In this document: positions 19,949-29,200 of the stretch, piece by piece
Layout of the letters: every line of letters starts with the position of its first letter
Position numbering within the stretch: position 1 is the stretch's first letter
Source: a virus
Taxonomy: Duplodnaviria; Caudoviricetes
DNA length: 57,956 nucleotides
Direction: 5' to 3' (one strand)
Virus record (IMG/VR): IMGVR_UViG_3300038428_000087
Coordinates: 1-57,956 of that record
The notes under the pieces: generated by a model
What the model was told of the DNA's origin: nothing
The model's input: only the letters and a program-made list of their open reading frames with translations
Databases searched by the model: none
Made by a program: the position numbers and the translations under genes

Positions 19949-20299
19949 ATGAGCGGCCTTAACGTAACAGCAGACTTTGAATCGTCATTAGACCAGGAAG
20001 CAGTAGCAGGTGTAGCTCAGAAGACATTAGGGCCGTATTCAAAAGAAAAAGCTGAGAAGATACTTGAGATTTCACAAGGTCTTGTTCCAGTAGCAACAGG
20101 GACACTACAAGCTTCTGGTCATGTAGCGACCGTTGACGTGGCGCTTATTGCAGAAACAAACTATCAAATCGTCTATGATGCCCCAACTACAGACCAGAGT
20201 AAATGGAAAAGCTATGCGATATTTGTTGAAATGGGAACTGTAAAGATGTCCGCACAACCGTATCTCAGACCAGCGATAGACCAAGCATCTACTGAGTAA
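19949..20299 (+). CDS. HK97 gp10-like tail completion protein
   Basis: VPVATGTLQAS..YAIFVEMGT.KMSAQPYLRPA. Confidence 0.88.
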   Translation: MSGLNVTADFESSLDQEAVAGVAQKTLGPYSKEKAEKILEISQGLVPVATGTLQASGHVATVDVALIAETNYQIVYDAPTTDQSKWKSYAIFVEMGTVKMSAQPYLRPAIDQASTE

Positions 20300-20348
20300 T
20301 GTAGCGCACAAAGTTAATCTGGATTAATAAAAGAGGGTTAAGTATTGA

Positions 20349-20666
20349 ATGGAGAAACACCGCTCACCGCACTGGCCGGAAGTAAGAGCAGCCCATTTAA
20401 AAGACCATCCTACGTGTGAGGGCTGTGGTGGGAAAGTCAAGCTAAACGTACACCATATAGTCCCCTTTCACCTACATCCTGAGCTTGAACTTGTAGAGTC
20501 CAATCTAATAACACTGTGTGAATCCCGAAGCTATGGGGTAGAATGTCACAGGGCAATCGGGCATCTAGGTTCGTATTTCTCGTGGAATGATGATGTACGA
20601 AAAGACGCAGCCATATGTCTAAACAAGTTCAAGAATAGACCCAAGAAACTAAAGAGCACAAAATGA
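20349..20666 (+). CDS. Small HNH endonuclease
   Basis: W..VR..CEGCG..VHHIVP..NLITLC..CH; paralogue of 48615. Confidence 0.88.
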   Translation: MEKHRSPHWPEVRAAHLKDHPTCEGCGGKVKLNVHHIVPFHLHPELELVESNLITLCESRSYGVECHRAIGHLGSYFSWNDDVRKDAAICLNKFKNRPKKLKSTK

Positions 20667-21160
20667 ACGCCCTAAACTATGCGGTAGTTGGCATGATTCA
20701 AGCCGACCCAGTTATGCAGGCACTTCTTTATAGCTACGGTGGCTCTCCTGCGGTCTTTACGTTCATTCCGGTTCCAGAAGTAGACCCAGGCCCGCCACCT
20801 GTTTTACCTCTTCCATTTATCGTGACCGAGGACTCTGTAAGCGATGTCTTCGATGACACGACGACTACCGTTGGACATAAGATAAAAAAAGACATCCGGT
20901 GCTATGATTTAGAAACCAACGATCCTACGAAAATCCAGACGATAGCGATGCGGATTAAGGATATATTTCACCGGCAAGAGTCGACTATGACGAGGTATAT
21001 TCTTAATTCAGGAGACGCAGAGCTCTTTACGGTTACGCAATGCTGGGCGAACGGCCCGCGACCAGCGCCGCATCAGGTTGATGAATACGTGCAAGGCAGG
21101 ATTATCACGTTGAATATACGACTCACCAGAATACCTAGCTCGATGCCCTATGCAGTATAG
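20663..21160 (+). CDS. Tail terminator (DUF3168-like)
   Basis: Position after gp10; LPFIV..DIRCY..IA.RIKDIFH. Confidence 0.65.
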   Translation: MNALNYAVVGMIQADPVMQALLYSYGGSPAVFTFIPVPEVDPGPPPVLPLPFIVTEDSVSDVFDDTTTTVGHKIKKDIRCYDLETNDPTKIQTIAMRIKDIFHRQESTMTRYILNSGDAELFTVTQCWANGPRPAPHQVDEYVQGRIITLNIRLTRIPSSMPYAV

Positions 21161-22025
21161 CATTTCAGACATAGATAAGAAAACGAACGTGCATGAAGGA
21201 TGCTCGATTCTACCGTTTACTACTATCCTAGTCCCCGATAAAAGAAGACCAAATCAGGCAGAGATCCCGGTGAGTATCAGATACGATATAAAACACTTGC
21301 TTGAGATTGAGCAACTCCTGTGTAAACCGCTTTGGGAAGTCGTAGAATTGGGGCTGATACAGTTACTTGGTGAAGGTGATAACGTAACTGTAGTTTCGTT
21401 AGGCGTAAAATCACCACAATTAATTCAAGAACTATTGGATGAGTTAAACAGGGGCGAGGCACAGAGAGTTTACCGAATGGCGCATCTTGAAATAGCCAGG
21501 GCGATAGGTAACGATGTTGTCTATGACGACGAAGGAAACCCGATAAGCGTTACGCCTCGTAAAGCGGAAACGTATAAAAAAGCAGACGTTCAGGATTCAA
21601 GTGCGTTTTCTCAGCAGATAAAAGAACCTGACTCGTTTGCTCAGTGGTATGAACTCGCACTAAAACAATTATTCAAAAGTGATGTTATACTCCCGATTAA
21701 CGACCTGCTTTCACTTATGCCTATCGAACTTGAGACATACTTCACGGCACACGAATCAAGAAACGTGTATGCCCAGCAGATAGCCACACTTCAGTCGTGG
21801 CAAACGGCTAACTTTATGGGGTATGTGTGGAACGGAAAGAAGTTGCCTGACCTTACGCGCTTGCTTAAACACATAGAATTAGGGTCAGACAAACAGGCAA
21901 TTTCTAAATACGAACGATCAGAAGCACAGAAAGTCATTGACCAGAACATAAGAGACAGAGCAGCATTTGAAGAGAAACTACAGCGACATCAGCAGAAACA
22001 ACAAGCGAAACAGAGCGAAGCATGA
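21150..22025 (+). CDS. Tail assembly chaperone, long (gpGT-like) form
   Basis: IRYDIKHLLEIEQLL (chaperone-like) plus LMPIELETY..SWQTAN (gpT-like); upstream of the tape measure gene. Confidence 0.5.
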   Translation: MQYSISDIDKKTNVHEGCSILPFTTILVPDKRRPNQAEIPVSIRYDIKHLLEIEQLLCKPLWEVVELGLIQLLGEGDNVTVVSLGVKSPQLIQELLDELNRGEAQRVYRMAHLEIARAIGNDVVYDDEGNPISVTPRKAETYKKADVQDSSAFSQQIKEPDSFAQWYELALKQLFKSDVILPINDLLSLMPIELETYFTAHESRNVYAQQIATLQSWQTANFMGYVWNGKKLPDLTRLLKHIELGSDKQAISKYERSEAQKVIDQNIRDRAAFEEKLQRHQQKQQAKQSEA

Positions 22026-22038
22026 GAGGTAAAACCAA

Positions 22039-22482
22039 ATGTCAGACGAAAATGAAGGTTCTCGCCAGGCGCTTGACGCTGATAGGCGACAGTATAGGAT
22101 TGGTAAAAACGTAACTGAAGTTGTCGAAGTAAAGCTCGACCACGTCAGAAAGCTAACTTTTCGATCAAAAGCTCTTAGAGAGATGGAGCGGACGCTAAAT
22201 AAGAAGTCTATCCAGATAATAGCAGCGATAAACGAAGCGGACTGGAGCCACGAGGATACCCTTAACCTTATTTGGGCCGGGATGATAACTGAGGCTCCGG
22301 ATATATCGCTTGATGATTTGGATTTGATATGGGACGCTACCCCGATGATGGACAGGGTAAAAGCGTTCGCGGACGTTATCCACGCGGTATCCCGTGCGGT
22401 TGGGCTTCCCGTTGATGAAGAACGGTTTAAGAAGGCTATGGATCTGTGGAATAAGCAACAGGCAGCTACAAAAGGTGTTTAA
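22039..22482 (+). CDS. Tail assembly chaperone (gpG-like)
   Basis: RKLTF..ALREME..L..LIWAG..ISLDD. Confidence 0.65.
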   Translation: MSDENEGSRQALDADRRQYRIGKNVTEVVEVKLDHVRKLTFRSKALREMERTLNKKSIQIIAAINEADWSHEDTLNLIWAGMITEAPDISLDDLDLIWDATPMMDRVKAFADVIHAVSRAVGLPVDEERFKKAMDLWNKQQAATKGV

Positions 22483-22483
22483 G

Positions 22484-22846
22484 ATGGATACTGCAACCGA
22501 TGATTCAACTCTTGGATACGCTACTCGTGTTCCAGAACTCGAAAAAGAAGTTAAGGAATTAAAAGCTCGATTGGACGAAAGGGACTACTTCGACAGCCTC
22601 ACTAGAAAGATTAAGGTAAGTAAAGAAACCGAAGAGTTGCTTGACGATTGTCTACGCAAGGCAGGCACATATGAGTGTTATGATTGTGAGAAAGGAGAAA
22701 CCTATGATCAGGTCATAGCACGCCTCGCTCGAAAAGAGTTAGTAGGAACATACTTTGCCGAACTACACGACGTTGACAATTTGGGTATTAAAATCGGTTA
22801 CCAAGCTACTGACATAATGAGGAAAACGCAAATTTTGAAAGGTTAA
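22484..22846 (+). CDS. Coiled-coil plus ribbon-helix-helix-like protein
   Basis: IKVSKET...GETYDQVIARL resembles the 39381 protein. ATG at 22484 follows the upstream stop. Confidence 0.5.
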   Translation: MDTATDDSTLGYATRVPELEKEVKELKARLDERDYFDSLTRKIKVSKETEELLDDCLRKAGTYECYDCEKGETYDQVIARLARKELVGTYFAELHDVDNLGIKIGYQATDIMRKTQILKG

Positions 22847-22848
22847 GG

Positions 22849-23421
22849 ATGAAATACAAAGACCAGTTTGATAAAACCGTACCCGTTGAGATCGTAGACG
22901 CTTTGATCGGTAAAGAAGCGATTTTTAAAGAGGTATGCGAAACCACGAAAGCCAGTCCCGAAAAAGTAAGAGAGCTTCTTGATACGATACTTGACCAAGA
23001 AATTCCAGAGAACCTAATTAAAGACTATCAAAACGGCTTACTTACTGAAAAGTTCTGCGCCGGGTGCGGTGCTCAGTGTTGCATGATGAGCGACCCGATT
23101 GCGGTAAACTGGCCTGACGTGCAAAGACTCGCAAAAGGATTAGGTACGAACAATAAGAAAATAGTTAAAGAATATCTTGAACCACACACGCTCTCGGATT
23201 TCTCGCACTTGGAGTATAAGATAAAGAAAACAAAGCCCTGTCAGTGGTTGAATGAAAAGACAAAAAAATGTACGATTTACGAGTTACGGCCACACATTTG
23301 TCGTACATATCCAGTAATCCCGAATAGAGAAAATCCCCGTGAATCAAAACTAGACGCCCCGATATTCTGTAAAGTCACGGCGAGCATGATAAAACAGGAC
23401 ATAATAAACAGGTTAGCATAA
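22849..23421 (+). CDS. YkgJ-family CxxCxxCC metal/Fe-S cluster protein
   Basis: CAGCGAQCC..PCQWL..KCTIYELRPHICRTYP. Confidence 0.88.
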   Translation: MKYKDQFDKTVPVEIVDALIGKEAIFKEVCETTKASPEKVRELLDTILDQEIPENLIKDYQNGLLTEKFCAGCGAQCCMMSDPIAVNWPDVQRLAKGLGTNNKKIVKEYLEPHTLSDFSHLEYKIKKTKPCQWLNEKTKKCTIYELRPHICRTYPVIPNRENPRESKLDAPIFCKVTASMIKQDIINRLA

Positions 23422-23422
23422 A

Positions 23423-25726
23423 ATGGGCGGCGGCGATGTCGTAGGGACTGCGATAGTTAATCTTAAAAGTGATGCCACAAGCTTCCTCAGCGACTTAACA
23501 AGTGCGTTAGGTAAGGGTAAAGGCCTGTTCTCAGACTTCGGTAGCGATATCGCCGGCACAATGAAAGGCGCTGGCGGCATCATGACCGCAGGCATAACCG
23601 CGCCGATAGTAGCCGTCGGAGCGTTTGCCATTAAGAGTGGAGAGATTGTAGAAGATGCTACGTCGTCGATAGCCAAAGCCACCGGGCAACAGGGAGCGCA
23701 ACTTGCTTCTACGATGACGCAGTGGAAAAGCGTGTATGCCTCGGTTCCTTCTTCTGCTGCCGATGTGACAGCGGTTATCACAAAGCTTACGACTTCGTTA
23801 CACCTACAAGGCCAAGAACTTAAAGATACTGCAACAGACGTCCTTAATTATTCAATCGCTACAAAAACCAGCGCATCGTCTGACGCTGCTACGTTTGCGA
23901 CAATGACCAACGCCGCTCACTTGGCGGGCAATGCGTCATTAACTGCTGCACAACTTACCGATATGGCAACCGTAGCGTATCAAAAGACGGGCGTAACTAT
24001 GGACCAGATTTCACCTGCCTTTAACAAAGCAACGGCATCAATGACGGCGATGGGCCTATCTATACCGCAGCAAATTGCTATGTTGGATGGACTGACTCAG
24101 GCAGGGCTCAAGGCTAAACAGGTCACTACGATATTGATGGGAATCGGCCCAGCGGCTAAGGCGGCAGGTGAGAGCTCTAGTGCGTTCTGGCAGCACATGA
24201 TCCAAGACGCTAAAGACGGGGGTACGTACACCGCAGCCGAAACGAAACTGCTTGGCAAGAACGCTGATATGTTCACGGCGGCTGCGAAGTCAGGCAAACT
24301 CAGCAATGACCAGTTAGTCGCATCACTACAGAATAGCAAAGGAGCAGCAGATAAAGCAGGCGAAGCCTCAGAAACATTTGGTGAGAAGTTAACCAAATTC
24401 ACCCATCAAGGAGAGATGGCGCTTGCTCCGTTGGGTATCACGCTCATCAATATAGCAACGAAACTCCTTGATGCAGCAGGGCCGGTTATAGCATTTGTCG
24501 GAAAGTTATTAAGCCTCTTTTCTGAAATGCCTGAGCCTATCCAGCTTATCGTTATCGCCATTGCTGGAATAGCCGCAGCCATTGGGCCGGTGCTGATGTT
24601 AATAGGGATGATGGCACCTGCGATCGGACCAATAGTCACGATATTAGGTATGATGGGTATCGAGATAGACATGAGCGCACTCGCCGCTGGCGGTCTTACT
24701 GGGGCACTTGGCGGGGCGGCGGCGGCAGCGTGGGCGGTCAGCATCCCAATCATGGGGATGGAACTTCCGCTAATAGCTATTATCGCGGCGGTCGTAGTTA
24801 TCGGCGCAATCCTTTATCTATTATATACCCGATTCAAACCCTTCCACGATGCAGTGCAAGCAGTGTTGGGCTGGGCTAAAAACCTTGTCAGCACCCTTCA
24901 GAACCTTAATTGGGGCAGCGCATTTAGTGGGGTCGTGGCTACAGTAGAGAGCATAGGAGGTAAACTTTGGAACTCCATCGTGAGTGCAGTAGGTGGATTC
25001 GGCTCGTGGTTATGGAGTCTTATCTCAGACCTCCCATCAAAATTATGGTCTGCGTATATAGGTATTTGGACTCAGATAGGCTCTTGGTTATGGGGTGAGA
25101 TATCGGGACTTGCCGAGAAAGCGTGGAATACGTATATCGGTATCTGGACAGCAATAGGCTCATGGTTATGGGGTTTGATCTCACCGCTTCCTGGGGAGTT
25201 ATGGGGCGGACTACAGAGCGCCCTTGGTGGATTTGGAAACTGGCTTTGGAACCAACTCACTTCAATTCCAGGTAAGTTAGAAAGTGCGATTAATGCGATA
25301 TGGAGCGATGTCGCCAATGCGTTCGTTAATGCGCTCAAAGGGGCAGTATCAGGGGCAGCAAGCAGTATCGTTAGTCCTATACAAAACGCCATCTCTAGCC
25401 TACATCTTCCTGCATTACCAGCAGCTCAACACGGCGGTATCGTTACTAAACCCACATTATTAATCGCAGGCGAAGCAGGCCCGGAAGCGATTACACCATT
25501 AAGCAATGTTAGCGGTGGTGGCTTTTCGGTAAACCCAGGTAGTATAAGTCCGTATAGTCCGGGTGGAAGCGCTGGGCAAGGACAAGGCAACGTTATCATC
25601 TCAGCCGGAGCAATTCAGATTAACAACCCGATTTTAACTTCAAATTCAGCCATTGACACGCTAAGCACAAAAATCGGTTATAAAGTGAATAGCGAGATGC
25701 GGCGAGCAGGATTAAGCAAAGGATAA
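23423..25726 (+). CDS. Tape measure protein
   Basis: 767 aa; Ala/Gly-rich; GITAPIVA; periodic Trp repeats; GGIVTKPT..IAGEAGPEAI. Confidence 0.92.
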   Translation: MGGGDVVGTAIVNLKSDATSFLSDLTSALGKGKGLFSDFGSDIAGTMKGAGGIMTAGITAPIVAVGAFAIKSGEIVEDATSSIAKATGQQGAQLASTMTQWKSVYASVPSSAADVTAVITKLTTSLHLQGQELKDTATDVLNYSIATKTSASSDAATFATMTNAAHLAGNASLTAAQLTDMATVAYQKTGVTMDQISPAFNKATASMTAMGLSIPQQIAMLDGLTQAGLKAKQVTTILMGIGPAAKAAGESSSAFWQHMIQDAKDGGTYTAAETKLLGKNADMFTAAAKSGKLSNDQLVASLQNSKGAADKAGEASETFGEKLTKFTHQGEMALAPLGITLINIATKLLDAAGPVIAFVGKLLSLFSEMPEPIQLIVIAIAGIAAAIGPVLMLIGMMAPAIGPIVTILGMMGIEIDMSALAAGGLTGALGGAAAAAWAVSIPIMGMELPLIAIIAAVVVIGAILYLLYTRFKPFHDAVQAVLGWAKNLVSTLQNLNWGSAFSGVVATVESIGGKLWNSIVSAVGGFGSWLWSLISDLPSKLWSAYIGIWTQIGSWLWGEISGLAEKAWNTYIGIWTAIGSWLWGLISPLPGELWGGLQSALGGFGNWLWNQLTSIPGKLESAINAIWSDVANAFVNALKGAVSGAASSIVSPIQNAISSLHLPALPAAQHGGIVTKPTLLIAGEAGPEAITPLSNVSGGGFSVNPGSISPYSPGGSAGQGQGNVIISAGAIQINNPILTSNSAIDTLSTKIGYKVNSEMRRAGLSKG

Positions 25727-25876
25727 AACCATGAAAGCGAAATTAATTACTAAAGTAATACGAATCCCGATGGAACAGTACTGGGCCGGAGGGATGTATC
25801 GAGTAGGAGCATCGAGAACAACCGAAAGCGTACAGGAATTTGAATTTGATTTAGCAACTAAAGGAGGTGAATAACA

Positions 25877-26275
25877 ATGGCAATTACAAGTGGATTAACC
25901 ACCGCAGGAGCCGTTGCGCTTGCGAGTTTCTTGATTAACGACGGTGCAACATTACCGTTCAACAACTCAAATGCGTACCTCGGCGTCGGCAATGATAACA
26001 GCACAGCCTTTAACGTGAGTCAGACCGCTTTGATAGGCGCAAGTCAGCAGCTTAACCCTGTTGATACTGGATACCCTGTAAGGACGAGTAATTCAATTCT
26101 ATACCAGGCGACTTTTTACGCGGCAGATGCTATTTTTGATTGGTCAGAGTATGGCATCTTTAACGCGGCGAGTGCCGGGACAATGCTCGTGCGTGTTGCT
26201 GGCGATGACTTGGGAACTAAAACGGGAGCAGAGCAGATTGTCTTGCAGATAACCTTAGTAATTAGTACGTCGTGA
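25877..26275 (+). CDS. Baseplate/tail-fibre N-terminal-like structural protein
   Basis: LTTAG..YLGVG..A..SQTAL..ATF..A.FDW.EYGIFNA..G.ML.R. Confidence 0.65.
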   Translation: MAITSGLTTAGAVALASFLINDGATLPFNNSNAYLGVGNDNSTAFNVSQTALIGASQQLNPVDTGYPVRTSNSILYQATFYAADAIFDWSEYGIFNAASAGTMLVRVAGDDLGTKTGAEQIVLQITLVISTS

Positions 26276-26279
26276 ACAA

Positions 26280-29200
26280 ATGACCGTCGCTTCATACGTT
26301 GGAACCTTTAACACACCTACCAGCACAGGCAATCAGACGATTTCCTTACCTGCGGGTTTCACTCCGAGTGCTGTTATTATCTGGGGCGTTCCATTATCGT
26401 CAGCAGGATGGAGCAGCGTTGGCGACCAGTTTTCCATTGGCTTCTGTGCCGGTGCAGGTGGGGCATCTCAAGGATATATCTCAATCGCAGGAAAGGGCGG
26501 TGCAGATCCAAGCGCAGAGTACCGCAGGTATAGCGCCAGTGCCGCCATTGGCATGGTTCAGTATGATGGCACGTTACTGTACGAAGCGACGTTATACGGG
26601 CTTAATTCAGGCGATTTTATATTAAACTGGACTACGGTATCCGCAACATCATACGAGTTTAACTTCCTAGCATTAACCGGCGTACCTGCAAAAGTAGTAC
26701 ACTGGACCTCTAACACCTCAACGGGCAACCAGAGCATTACAGGCGCGGGCTTCCAACCGGACTGTGTTATCCATATCGGTGATGCGGATGCTGGTCATAC
26801 TGCGAATACGACGACTAGCTCTGTTTACAGTATCGGTGCGATGGATGCTAGCGGTAACCAGTGGTCAAAGTATGGCTTTGCGATGAGTGGTGTTACTACT
26901 ACAAGCACAGGACGTATCCAGCTTGCCGACTCGTGCATTGTCGATACCGGCGCCACTACCTCTGTACACACTAAAGCATCCTTTGTATCAATGGATGCAG
27001 ACGGCTTTACGATACACTGGGGGACATACAGCAGCGGCGGAGCGAGAGATTATTTAAGTTTGTGTCTTAATACGGGCGGCGGGAGTTTAGTTGGCAACTG
27101 GACTAAATCAACGGCAGCCGCTCCAACAACAGACACGATTTCAGTACTCACCATAACACCTACGGCGGTACTGGCAACAACCGACAGCTATCCGGCCAAT
27201 ACCTCAGAGCAATCTGGACATCGGATTATGGTAGGCGCGTCGGATGGCACGAATAACTTAGTGGCGGGGGCCACCGATAAAAACGGCATTGTACTAAGCG
27301 GCAGTTCTAAAACGGTTACGCATAGGTACTTAAACGAATCATACTCCCTTGCAGGAACCAATAACGACCTAGGGAGCTATGATTCACTAGGTACTATAGG
27401 TTCATATGCCACAGGTTCGTTCCAGGCATCGTGGCCAACCACAAACTCAAACATTGCGACGCAAATCTGTTTTGTGGCGTTTGGAAACCCACGAATCGTT
27501 ATAAGCCGCTCCATTGACGTTGTTCCTGTTTTATATCCTTCCACGTACATATCGGGTTTTCCCTCAGTTATTCCTGCTTCTGTTTCAATCGCCCCGGAGG
27601 TAGACCTTTCTGTTACCACACAGCTAAGTTCAGTCATAACACGCACGATTACCCACGCAACGCACGTAGTTCCTACGGTATCAAAATCGATCATTTATAA
27701 CGTAATCTCAAGAAGCGTGACCATAACACCGCATGCACACGCTACCACTACACAATACCCGACCACGGGAATTGGCATGATGACTTTCGGTGGCGTTGAT
27801 ATTACGCAACCACCGTACTATGCTCACCTTGCCGATGCAACAAAATACTGGTGGCTTGATGGTTTTGATTCTACACAATTTACAACCAGCCCACTATCAA
27901 CAATTTCAACACGACCATATCTAAAGGACTGGGTTATCTCTACAGTAATACGGCCTAAAGTTCCCGATAATAAGAGAACCACGATGATAGCCGCAATGAT
28001 AGCGCTTGGGGAGGTTTTCGATCCAACCAAAGGCGAACAACAGCTTTCTTTTGGTGAATACCCTGCGAGTTATTTTATAGCAAAACGTCAGAAATCAAAT
28101 CCCTCAAATGAGAACGTTACCCCTACGTTATTAGATTTAGATATTGACTTCGCGTGTACCGGGCCTGCATACTCTGTAGTAGAATCAGTTATATGGGCCA
28201 CGGCCAGCGGAGTCGAGACCTCGTATGCAACGTTTACCTCAAAAGGCGATACGCTGGCCTCTCCGCGATGGCGGTTTTATTCGGTGGGTTACTTTAACGG
28301 CACGCTTACCATCACCAACGTAACCACGGATGAGGCAATTTCGTGGACAGGTACATTGAACGTGGCGGATACCCTAGAATTTATCATGGATGCTGAATAC
28401 GGAACGCCGTATACGGTGTTCCTCAACAACGAACAATCGCTTTCCAGCTTTAACGGCCCAGCGTGGCCTCATCTACAACCAGGACTTAATGAAATAGAAC
28501 TTTCAGCGTCCACACCAATACACGGCATACTTGAGGCTAGGTGGCGGGATAGGTTCTTAATCGGTCAACAGGTCGCCCCTACCCCCTCAGCGGCAAGCGC
28601 AGTTATCCCTACTATCTTAGTACTCAATGGAAAAGACAGCACATCTCCGGGTTCCTATGTGCTCTCCGGGACGTTAAAAGACGTATTCGGGAATCCGGTC
28701 GTAGGCGCTACGGTTACATTAGCCTCTTCTACAGATACCGCTCACTGGAATAATTTACAGACGACAACTACCAACGCAAGCGGATCGTATACCTTCGCCG
28801 CGACTGCGGTTTATACTGGCCTGCAGGAGTTCAGGACAATGTACATCGGGGGTTCTGAGTACTTAGGGAGCACCAGTGAGATGTTACACACATACCCACC
28901 CGATCAGAGGATACCCGTAAAACTCTCCTTAAGCATGGACGCATCGGCGTCTCCATATTACACGTTCAGTGGCAGCCTCGTGCTTGCGAGCAATACAAAA
29001 GTGCCCATCCCGAATGCACCTATTCATTTAGAAGTAAAAGTCCCGGCGAGTCTTTATACAAACGTTCCCTTCACATTCGACGGGCAAACAAACTTCACGC
29101 TGGCTAATACCGACATTCACGGGAAGTATTCTTATACGTACTACGTCGGGCCTACAACTAACGGGATTTCGGGAAGTTATACGTGGAACCAATACTTTAC

